Positions 1-7,827 of a stretch of DNA of 12,973 bases are shown here, in pieces (the stretch's first letter is position 1; each line of letters opens with the position of its first letter). This DNA is from Bdellovibrionota bacterium. Lineage in GTDB: Bacteria > Bdellovibrionota_C > UBA2361. Position numbers and translations under genes: made by a program. The notes beneath the pieces were generated by a model. The model was not told the origin of the DNA. It saw only the letters and a list, made by a program, of their open reading frames with translations, and did no database searches. The stretch is from contig JBILDU010000084.1 in the NCBI GenBank assembly GCA_044352465.1, positions 1-12,973 of the forward strand, given 5' to 3'.

Positions 1-27
1 GCGGCCGGGACGTAACGAAGACGAGGC

Positions 28-1257
28 ATGTCCGACACGATTTTTAGGCCCTATACCCCCTCCTCCCAGCGCTCTGACAGGAGCGCACGCGACCGACTCC
101 GTCACCGCCAAAAGATCAAAGATACGATCCGCAATAATATCGGCGATATTCTCGCCGAGGAGTCCATTATTGGGCGCGACAAGGACAAGATTATAAAAAT
201 CCCGATCCGCTCGATTAAGGAGTATCGCTTCATTTACGGCGAGAACTCCCCCGGCGTCGCCCAAGGTAACGGCGAGCAAAAGCCGGGCGATGTGGTCGGC
301 AAGAGTGGCCCCGGCGACCCAAGTGTCGGCCAAGGCGGCGGTGACCAACCGGGAGTCGATGCCTTCGAGACCGATGTCACTCTCGAGGAGCTTATCGCCG
401 TCATGTTCGACGATCTCGAGCTTCCCGAACTTGCCCGCAAGTCGCTCCGTCAAGTCATCTCAGAGCAATCCCGGAAACGCAAAGGCACCCGCATGGCGGG
501 TATCCGGCCCCGACTTGACCGTAAATCAACGGCGAAGAACCGAATTAAGCGCAAGCTCGCCGCGAGCCGCTCACGGGGGCTCGACTTTGAGGACGAAGGC
601 ACGCGGTTCCCCTTCCACGACGATGACATGCGGTATTATCACGTCGTCCCGACTGAGAAGGAATCGTCGAACGCGGTGATCTTTTGTATCATGGACACCT
701 CCGGCTCGATGGGAACGGTCAAAAAGTACCTCGCCCGCAGCTTCTATTTCTTGCTCTATCAGTTCGTCCGCCAAAAGTACCAGAATGTTGAGGTGGTCTT
801 TATCGCCCACCATACGGAGGCGAAAGAGGTCACTGAAGAGGAGTTCTTTCACAAAGTGGAATCCGGCGGAACGTATATTTCATCGGGCTACCGCAAGGCT
901 CTCGAGCTTATCGAGGACCGCTATCATCCTTCGCTCTGGAATATCTACGCGTTTCACTGCTCCGATGGAGATAACTTCTATTCCGATAACGAGCGCGCGG
1001 TCGAGGCGGCGGAAGAGCTGTGCGACAAGTGCAACCTCTTCGGTTACGGCGAGATCAAGCCGTCGGGGAGCGCCTATTACAGTGGGAGCATGCTCGAGGT
1101 ATTCGGTCAGATCAAGCGGGACAACTTCCAGATGATCGTTATTGAAAAGAAAGAGGATCTCTGGCCGGGGTTCAAGAGTTTCTTGACCAAAGATAAGGCC
1201 TCATCGTTCAATGGAGCGAAGGGGATTAGCGAGGGTGCGAGCGCGGCGTTACCGTAA
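28..1257 (+). CDS. yhbH: YeaH/YhbH family (DUF444) protein with C-terminal vWA domain
   Basis: 409-aa ORF. N-terminus 'DRLRHRQKIKDTIR...IKIPIRSIKEYRFIYG', Gly-rich linker, 'SNAVIFCIMDTSGSMG' (vWA MIDAS DxSxS), 'ESGGTYISS' and 'WNIYAFHCSDGDN' are characteristic of the family. It lies directly upstream of a SpoVR gene, the usual arrangement. Confidence 0.93.
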   Translation: MSDTIFRPYTPSSQRSDRSARDRLRHRQKIKDTIRNNIGDILAEESIIGRDKDKIIKIPIRSIKEYRFIYGENSPGVAQGNGEQKPGDVVGKSGPGDPSVGQGGGDQPGVDAFETDVTLEELIAVMFDDLELPELARKSLRQVISEQSRKRKGTRMAGIRPRLDRKSTAKNRIKRKLAASRSRGLDFEDEGTRFPFHDDDMRYYHVVPTEKESSNAVIFCIMDTSGSMGTVKKYLARSFYFLLYQFVRQKYQNVEVVFIAHHTEAKEVTEEEFFHKVESGGTYISSGYRKALELIEDRYHPSLWNIYAFHCSDGDNFYSDNERAVEAAEELCDKCNLFGYGEIKPSGSAYYSGSMLEVFGQIKRDNFQMIVIEKKEDLWPGFKSFLTKDKASSFNGAKGISEGASAALP

Positions 1258-1310
1258 ATGGGCGCTGACCTGTCCCCAATTCGTTCGTTTTTCCAGGAGG
1301 TGGTGGGAGC

Positions 1311-2765
1311 GTGATCAATTTAGAGGAACTCGCCGAGTGGGATAAGCGGATTCGTGACCTCGTCGACGAATACGGACTCAAGTACTACCGCCAAGAGTTT
1401 GAGATCTGCGACCATAACGAGATGCTCGGATACATGGCCTACTCCGGCATGCCATCGCGCTATGCCCATTGGTCATACGGCAAGAGCTTTGAGCGTCAAA
1501 AGACGCTCTACGATTACGGCGTGGCTGGCCTTCCCTACGAGATGGTCATCAACTCCGATCCGTGCATCGCGTACCTGATGCGTGACAACTCGATGCTCCT
1601 CCACATTCTCACGATCGCTCACGTGTACGGTCACAACGATTTCTTCTCGAACAACTTCACCTTCACTTCGGGGACCGAAGCGAAGTACACCCTCGAGATG
1701 TTTAAAAGCCACGCCAACCGGGTGAGTCAGTACATCGAGGACCCGTCGATTGGAATCGAGGCAGTTGAAGACACCCTCGATCACGCCCACGCGATCGCGT
1801 TTCAATGTCGAAGAAACCTCGGTATCGCCAAGCTCTCCCCCAACGAGCAGCGGATCCGCAAATGGGAGGCCGCGCAACCCCCTGAGGACCCCTACCGCGA
1901 TATCCACCCCAAACGGGAATACACCGCACCCGATCTTAATAAGGTCCCCCTTGAGCCCGATGAGGACATCTTAAGTTTCATCGCCAACTACAACCCGTAT
2001 CTGCCCGAGTGGAAACGCGATCTTTTGAAGATCGCTGAGCGAGAGACTCAGTACTTCATCCCCCAGATGGAGACCAAGATCATGAACGAGGGATGGGCCT
2101 CCTATTGGCACCACCGGATCTTAAACCGGTTAGCGCTCGATCAAGGGCTCCACATGGAGTTTATCGTGCGCCACAATCAGGTGCTCCGACCGACTCCGGG
2201 AGGGCTTAATCCCTACCACCTCGGATTTGTCCTCTGGAACGATATTGAGCGGCGCTGGAACGAAGGCGAGACAGGGCGAGAGTGGAGCGACGATCGACCG
2301 AAGGTCGACCCCGTCACCATCCCTGAGAACGACACGCCGGGGAGGAAAAAGATCTTTGAGGTGCGAGAGACCGACCGGGATGCCTCGTTCCTACGGCGAT
2401 TCCTCACGGTGGATATCATGCGAGAGCTCGAGCTTTTTCAGCATGAAAAACGGGGCAAGGAGCGGATAATCACGAAGGTCTCAGACGAAGAGAACTGGCA
2501 GCAGGTGAAAGAGACCCTCATCCATAACGTCGGCACCGGCTCAGTCCCGATCATCAAGGTTGAGGACGGGGACTTCGGCTCAAACCGGACGTTGTATCTG
2601 AAACACTACCACGACGGTCGGGACCTCCAGCTCGAATACGCCGAGCACACCCTCCGCCACGTGAAAGCCCTCTGGGAGCGGGAAGTAGTGCTCGAAACGA
2701 TCGTCAACGGCAAAAAGTCGATCCTGAAGATTATCGGTGACTCGCTCAAAGTTGAGCGACCGTAG
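1311..2765 (+). CDS. spoVR: SpoVR family protein (YcgB-like)
   Basis: 484-aa ORF with GTG start and AGGAGG at 1295-1300. Family motifs: 'GMPSRYAHWSYGK', 'LPYEMVINSDPCIAYLM', 'AHVYGHNDFF', 'YFIPQMETKIMNEGWASYWH', 'NPYHLG'. Confidence 0.96.
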   Translation: MINLEELAEWDKRIRDLVDEYGLKYYRQEFEICDHNEMLGYMAYSGMPSRYAHWSYGKSFERQKTLYDYGVAGLPYEMVINSDPCIAYLMRDNSMLLHILTIAHVYGHNDFFSNNFTFTSGTEAKYTLEMFKSHANRVSQYIEDPSIGIEAVEDTLDHAHAIAFQCRRNLGIAKLSPNEQRIRKWEAAQPPEDPYRDIHPKREYTAPDLNKVPLEPDEDILSFIANYNPYLPEWKRDLLKIAERETQYFIPQMETKIMNEGWASYWHHRILNRLALDQGLHMEFIVRHNQVLRPTPGGLNPYHLGFVLWNDIERRWNEGETGREWSDDRPKVDPVTIPENDTPGRKKIFEVRETDRDASFLRRFLTVDIMRELELFQHEKRGKERIITKVSDEENWQQVKETLIHNVGTGSVPIIKVEDGDFGSNRTLYLKHYHDGRDLQLEYAEHTLRHVKALWEREVVLETIVNGKKSILKIIGDSLKVERP

Positions 2766-3070
2766 CTCTCGCCTGAGTAAGCTCCATGGTCGGGAATAGG
2801 GAATTCCCCAGGTCAGAACTGCGGTGTTTTCGTAGCTTCGGGCCCTGAGGAACTGGGATTTTGCGCCCCCCACCCGCTCAGAGCCCCGTTTTCTCACAAC
2901 TTCACCGATCCCGGTCGATAAATTACCGAGTAGGATTGCGAAAAAGTCCCCTGCTCGGGTAGGCCAGGGCCGCTAGGCTTCGGGGTTACGGGGAGGACTG
3001 GGGACATCCGGGGTACCGCTCCAGAGCGAAGCGCTGCACAAATTGATAGGCCCGCTCGAGCGAGAGGCGA

Positions 3071-3103
3071 TTTCAAAAATGGGGAGGGAACCCATTTTTG
3101 AAA
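3071..3103. repeat. Perfect 13-bp inverted repeat with 7-nt spacer (operator or terminator-like hairpin)
   Basis: TTTCAAAAATGGG (3071-3083), GAGGGAA, CCCATTTTTGAAA (3091-3103). The arms are exact reverse complements. Function is not established. Confidence 0.8.
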
Positions 3104-3146
3104 CCAATTCTCAAGTTACGACGGATAATCGGTGGGAGGACCGAGG

Positions 3147-3617
3147 ATGATCGATACGCATAGCGGGATGAAGGTCTTGATCGTGGAGGACATGCTCGCG
3201 TTCCGGAAGTTTCTCAAGGCCCAACTCTCCGCCCTCGGGCTACGCCAGGTAACGGAGACCGAGGATGGCGCACTCGCTTGGAAAGCGCTCGAAGAGGCGG
3301 CGAAAGCGAACGAGCCGTTCGATCTCATTATCTGCGATTGGAACATGCCTCACATGAACGGTCTTGAGCTTCTTAAAGCGGTGCGGGGAGATAGCCGCTT
3401 TCGTCACCTCCCCTTTCTCATGCTCACCGCGGAGGCCGAGGTCTCCAGTATCATGACCGCCTTCGAAGCCGGGGTGAGCGATTACGTGGTGAAACCGTTT
3501 AATAGCGACCAACTCCAAAAAAAGCTCGGCCTCGTCCTCTCGAACCGTGAGCCGCTGGGGGGGGAGGCGGTCTCTCAACCTTATCGGCAACCAAAGCTTC
3601 CCGAACCGAATCACTAG
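3147..3617 (+). CDS. Single-domain response regulator, CheY-like receiver
   Basis: 'KVLIVED' acidic pocket, 'DLIICDWNMP' phosphoacceptor Asp, 'MLTAEA' Thr and 'DYVVKPF' Lys are all present. ATG at 3147 is preferred over GTG at 3132 because GGAGG (3135-3139) sits 7 nt upstream. 156 aa including a short Pro-rich C-terminal extension. Confidence 0.9.
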   Translation: MIDTHSGMKVLIVEDMLAFRKFLKAQLSALGLRQVTETEDGALAWKALEEAAKANEPFDLIICDWNMPHMNGLELLKAVRGDSRFRHLPFLMLTAEAEVSSIMTAFEAGVSDYVVKPFNSDQLQKKLGLVLSNREPLGGEAVSQPYRQPKLPEPNH

Positions 3618-3840
3618 ACCGCTCAAGTGACCGCCCCGATCACCTAAAACGTATTGGAATCGCTCGTTTTTCTATTCAAGATAAGCGCGGAACCGGTCGA
3701 CAGAGCAATAAGCGGACGGTCGCCCGAGTGGTGTGCCCGAAAAAGCCTTTTGACGCCTCATTGAGTGCACGTCGTCGTGACCGGCGCTTACCAACCGTAA
3801 GGCCGAAAAACCACGCGATCGCTTTACGGTAGGAAGTCGT

Positions 3841-4641
3841 ATGCCAAAGAAGAACTTCAATTTCCCCCGCCGGATTCTACTCGACCGACTTACCAACGAG
3901 CGGGGCGGTGTGAACCTCATTGGAGCGATCTTCGTACTCGCGGGGGTTGCGCTCGTCTTTGCAACGGTCGTACCGATTAACAAGAGACAAGAGACAAATG
4001 CAGTACTCAACGAAGCGGTAGCCGCTTTCGCGTCCACAGATGTCCCCCTTATCAACACCACCGCTGACGGAACTGTTGCCCTGGTTTCTGAGTCTGACGC
4101 CGTGGATGAGCTTACCAAGGTCCGAAACAGACTTGCGGCGGTAACAAAAGAAGATTTCTGTGCGGGGGTGTATCGGGCGTCGATTCTAGGTGGTGCGCTC
4201 GACCTCGTCGCCCCCTCACCAGCGCTTGAACTCAGAGATTCCCTCGGAAGCCTCTGCCCCGAGGCCAATACCGCTGCGATGGATTTCTTAGAAGCTCAAT
4301 CCGAGTCGCTCCGAAAGGAAACCAATACTCGTCCTTACTTCGTGGTTGTGGCGGATAAAGAGGGGAGAGCGGTGGCGGCTGCACCGCTGCGAAGCGTTAC
4401 CCGTGTTGCAACCGCTGGTGTGAACTCCGCTCCGGGGTGTTTGGGGACTGGGTGTGGAGGCAACCCCGGCCCCAACCAAACGGGCGGAGGCAGTCCCATA
4501 GATCCGAATGGAGGTGGGGGTGCGCCGGGCGGGGGAGGCGATCCGAACGGCAACAACGGGAACAATTCCGGTAGCGGCAGTTATAATAATATGGGCCTCG
4601 GCGGGGGTGCAAACGGGGGCGACGGATCTTTCGGGTTTTAA
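3841..4641 (+). CDS. Hypothetical pilin-like protein with Tad-type prepilin leader and Gly/Asn/Pro-rich C-terminal tail
   Basis: 266 aa, with AGGAAG upstream of the ATG. A basic leader ends 'NERG' and is followed by hydrophobic 'GVNLIGAIFVLAGVALVFATVVPI' (no Glu+5). First gene of a tightly packed run of prepilin-like ORFs. 4 Cys. Confidence 0.65.
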   Translation: MPKKNFNFPRRILLDRLTNERGGVNLIGAIFVLAGVALVFATVVPINKRQETNAVLNEAVAAFASTDVPLINTTADGTVALVSESDAVDELTKVRNRLAAVTKEDFCAGVYRASILGGALDLVAPSPALELRDSLGSLCPEANTAAMDFLEAQSESLRKETNTRPYFVVVADKEGRAVAAAPLRSVTRVATAGVNSAPGCLGTGCGGNPGPNQTGGGSPIDPNGGGGAPGGGGDPNGNNGNNSGSGSYNNMGLGGGANGGDGSFGF

Positions 4642-4646
4642 ACGAG

Positions 4647-5426
4647 ATGGCTTTCCCCTACTCCGCTAACGCCCGAATCCGACCTCCGCGTGACAACGAG
4701 CGGGGGGTCTCGATGATCGAGGCGGCGATATTTCTCCCCCTTCTTTTTGTCGCCATATTTATCGTTATCGGGATATCCGTCATGGCCAATGCCCGGATGA
4801 GTCTCGGCAGCGCGATGACCGAAGCGGCACGTCTTGCGGCGACCCGGGGCGATATCGAATCGATGGGTGCTATTCAACTGATCGAACCGGTAGGCGATTA
4901 TTACAGCCCCGGTGGCTCATTCGACGACATTTCGGCTCTTATCACCTCGGGCGGGGTTAATGTGAACGATGCCGAGTCTTTCTTCAACCGATGCCTCCCC
5001 TTTGTCTACAATTCGATATCTCAGCTAGAGGATCTGCCACCCCAGCTTGTCTATACCATGGTCTATATCAACCAAGCGCTGCGGCAGAGCATCGGCTCGT
5101 CGCTCAAATTCCCGTGCGTCCCCCCGGGTGGTGCACCGCCGTCACCATCGCAAAGCAATTGCGCCACGAACCCAGGTAATCCCTCGGCAAATCGGGGGTG
5201 CGTCGGATGCTATCTTCTTCATCCAGAGCTCCTTAATTACGTTTCAATCTCCGCGGCACCGAATCCACGGCGTTTTGCGATTCGATGTGAGTATAGCCCC
5301 TCAAATGTTTTTCTCGATCCGATCCTTCGTGGTCTGGCCCTCCTCACGGGCAGCGGAGGGAGTAGCGCAGCCGGGATCGTGATCACCCGGGATACCGTCT
5401 TCGAGATAACAAGTATCGGTGGCTAA
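4647..5426 (+). CDS. TadE-like minor pilin (pseudopilin)
   Basis: 'DNERG|VSMIEAAIFLPLLFVAIFIVIG' matches the TadE-type G|xxxxE-A-xxLP motif, followed by 'AMTEAARLAA', the typical TadE helix. Starts 5 nt after the previous stop. 6 Cys. Confidence 0.85.
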   Translation: MAFPYSANARIRPPRDNERGVSMIEAAIFLPLLFVAIFIVIGISVMANARMSLGSAMTEAARLAATRGDIESMGAIQLIEPVGDYYSPGGSFDDISALITSGGVNVNDAESFFNRCLPFVYNSISQLEDLPPQLVYTMVYINQALRQSIGSSLKFPCVPPGGAPPSPSQSNCATNPGNPSANRGCVGCYLLHPELLNYVSISAAPNPRRFAIRCEYSPSNVFLDPILRGLALLTGSGGSSAAGIVITRDTVFEITSIGG

Positions 5427-7827
5427 GCGCGGGTATTCGATGAAAGTAGATCGACCACACTCCCCCCCTTCGCTGCGGATACACTCCGAAGGAGGAGCGA
5501 TTATCCCGATCGTTGCGGTGATGTCACTCGCACTGATTGCTACCCTGACGATCCTCGGCATCGAGACATCCCGGGTGAAGAGCGCGGCGACGAAGCTGCG
5601 CGGAGTCAATGAGCGGATCTGTAAAAACGTAGCTCAAAAAGCGGTCCTTCCAAACGAGGCGGTGGAGCTCTTTAGTAATGAGATAAAACAGCTTATCCCG
5701 ATCGAGCCGTTCGTTAAGATAACCGCGGCGCGACTTGTGCTACCGTTTCCGCTCGATGAACAAGGAGAGCTGGATGGGATATTTTACGATTTCCAATTTC
5801 CAGAGGACACCTGCGAGGGGGGAGTAGAGGCTTTTCGTCCTCCCAATACAGGGAGCGCTTCGCCCATCCCGTTCGCGCAACTAAGCCCCCTCCTTGGATG
5901 CAGCAACAGCGCTGCCGCCCCGACCCTCTCCGACTGTGAGCTTGAGCACCGGATCTGCGATCCATCGGGCAATCCACATCCGAACTACCCCCGCTCGATG
6001 TGGTCCGAGATCTACAACGCCGGTAATACGGTCGGGTGCGAGCTTACCGCGGAGGTTGAGAACGTCCTTTCATTCGGAGCCCCCCCCCGTCTCATCACGG
6101 CGAAAGCCGCCTGGTCGATTCCGGTTCGTGCACGAGCTCCGTTCGTGGAGAATCGAAACCTGCCCCTCGCGCCGAGCTCATTCGCGGGGCTTTCCCTTGG
6201 CATCGCCACCCAAATGACGACGTGGGCAGGAGCATGGGGGACAGGAACACAAAGCGGCTACGATAATCGCTTTAACTTCGACGCTTACGATGCCGCCTTA
6301 AATGGCCTCAACCCGCGACGTCCTCCAACGCCGGGAGAAAATCCGCAGCGTTTAACGTTTCCGCCGAATGCTAATCCCGAACTGTCGGGAAGTACCGTGA
6401 TCTCTTACCCGCTTTACAGTCTCAATCCAGCCCCTCGAATACCGCCCATGTTTGCACTCCTTAACAGCGGACCCACCCCAACCCGCGCAAGCGAGGAGTT
6501 TTTGACCGCGTGTATTAACCCGCTCGTGGTTGTCCGCAACGTAATCGGAGCGACGTTAGTTGAGCTCGCCGCACGGCACGGTCAACTTCGAAATCTCACC
6601 CAAGTTGCAAGCATTAATCCCCGCCATAAAGGCGGCTTATGGGCGGGCGAACCTAATCGGCCGGTCGAGATCGTCCCGTTCGGTAGGGACCTCACCGCGG
6701 AGCGGTATCAACACCCCTTTGTAACGTACTACTCCGACCCCACCGAGACCTCCGCGGTTCAAACACTCGGAGGAGACCAAGAGGGCTTCTTACTACCATG
6801 GGCAAATCCAAACGATTCGCCCCGATACCATGATGACCCCCAGCGTCTTCAACGGCAGACCCTTCTGACCCAACAGCTACGCTACTGCCTCCACCTTTGG
6901 GATAACGATCTGGTCAGGAGACCGAGCCTCTTCGTTCACACCGATATCACCCGATTTCTCCCGAGCGAGTTCCGGTTTTTGACCTCGCTTCAAGATCCGA
7001 GCAACACCGCACTCCCCGACTCGTTCTTCTACAGGACGTGGGACTACGGCGACCCGTGGGGAGCTCTAACCGCAAACACCGGGAACGTCAGCCGCCTTCT
7101 TACCGCAGCCGAAGTGGTTCAATCGCTCGGGACGAGTCAGCTCTGTCCGGCGCCAGACACCCCGAGTAACTTGATGAACTGTAAAGAAAATAACTTTGAT
7201 CCCGCCCACGACCTCGAGCCGGATTTAAGGGGATACCTCCTCGCGCAGCTTACTCAAATCACCTCACCTGAGGCGCGACTACAACCCTACCCCTCCCCAG
7301 GGCTGTTCCATCCCGTCGATCCGTCAAACGGCGTGGTCAGCACCGAGAGTCAGATCAACCCTACCCGACCGATGTTCCTCGACACGACCAAAGCGGTGAA
7401 TCCCGCCCGCTCCGTCGTAACGATTATAACGACTAAGGGTTTTAAAGAGGCTCCGTCAACGTCGTATCACCAGGACCTCAAAGCGCTTGTCAGTGAGCTT
7501 AACCAAGCGGGCCGACCCGTCATCATCGTCTTTATCCCCGCAACCGGAGCGGACTCGAATACCACACCGAACTATTGTGAACTGCTTCGACGGGGGAACG
7601 ACTGTGCCAGCCCGGAATCGGGGGCGGAAAATAATCGACTCTTCTTACTCAGTCCATATGCAGTACAATATGGGAACACTTATACGAATGGCACCGAAGC
7701 TCAGGCGTTCATCAGTTATTGGGAGGACCTTCTAATCGACGATGGGACGCCGCAAGATCTCTTTGCGCCGTTTGTCGGAGAGGCGATATTTAGCGATGCG
7801 ATCGTTGGACTACGACCGAAACTTTAG
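5419..7827 (+). CDS. Large TadG-like pilus-associated protein (putative tip adhesin)
   Basis: 802 aa from GTG 5419 (alternative ATG at 5440). 'SEGGAIIPIVAVMSLALIATLTILGIETSR' resembles the TadG N-terminal segment. Lies between the TadE-like and Flp genes. The C-terminal 'SVVTIITTKG...ELNQAGRPVIIVFIP' is vWA-like. 12 Cys. Confidence 0.7.
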   Translation: MAKRGYSMKVDRPHSPPSLRIHSEGGAIIPIVAVMSLALIATLTILGIETSRVKSAATKLRGVNERICKNVAQKAVLPNEAVELFSNEIKQLIPIEPFVKITAARLVLPFPLDEQGELDGIFYDFQFPEDTCEGGVEAFRPPNTGSASPIPFAQLSPLLGCSNSAAAPTLSDCELEHRICDPSGNPHPNYPRSMWSEIYNAGNTVGCELTAEVENVLSFGAPPRLITAKAAWSIPVRARAPFVENRNLPLAPSSFAGLSLGIATQMTTWAGAWGTGTQSGYDNRFNFDAYDAALNGLNPRRPPTPGENPQRLTFPPNANPELSGSTVISYPLYSLNPAPRIPPMFALLNSGPTPTRASEEFLTACINPLVVVRNVIGATLVELAARHGQLRNLTQVASINPRHKGGLWAGEPNRPVEIVPFGRDLTAERYQHPFVTYYSDPTETSAVQTLGGDQEGFLLPWANPNDSPRYHDDPQRLQRQTLLTQQLRYCLHLWDNDLVRRPSLFVHTDITRFLPSEFRFLTSLQDPSNTALPDSFFYRTWDYGDPWGALTANTGNVSRLLTAAEVVQSLGTSQLCPAPDTPSNLMNCKENNFDPAHDLEPDLRGYLLAQLTQITSPEARLQPYPSPGLFHPVDPSNGVVSTESQINPTRPMFLDTTKAVNPARSVVTIITTKGFKEAPSTSYHQDLKALVSELNQAGRPVIIVFIPATGADSNTTPNYCELLRRGNDCASPESGAENNRLFLLSPYAVQYGNTYTNGTEAQAFISYWEDLLIDDGTPQDLFAPFVGEAIFSDAIVGLRPKL

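Noticed and set aside
1..15. Possible 3' end of an upstream prkA/yeaG gene (GCG GCC GGG ACG TAA)
   Set aside because: Only four codons are visible, too few to identify.
2894..3076. 60-aa minus-strand ORF in the spoVR to cheY-like spacer
   Set aside because: No clear RBS, no recognisable motif, and it overlaps the structured elements. Likely a chance ORF.
3618..3840. c-di-GMP riboswitch or sigma-54 promoter upstream of the pilin cassette
   Set aside because: No recognisable GEMM-type P1/P2 consensus and no TGGCAC-N5-TTGC. A TTGACG near 3750 lacks a matching -10 box.
4435..4625. G-rich runs as G-quadruplex or tandem DNA repeat
   Set aside because: Explained by Gly codons of the low-complexity tail; there is no regular nucleotide repeat unit.
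3894..4705. 12-nt direct repeat CAACGAGCGGGG at 3894-3905 and 4694-4705 as a recombination or shuffling site
   Set aside because: Both copies encode the shared NERG prepilin cleavage motif, so protein-level constraint explains them. No recombinase is nearby.
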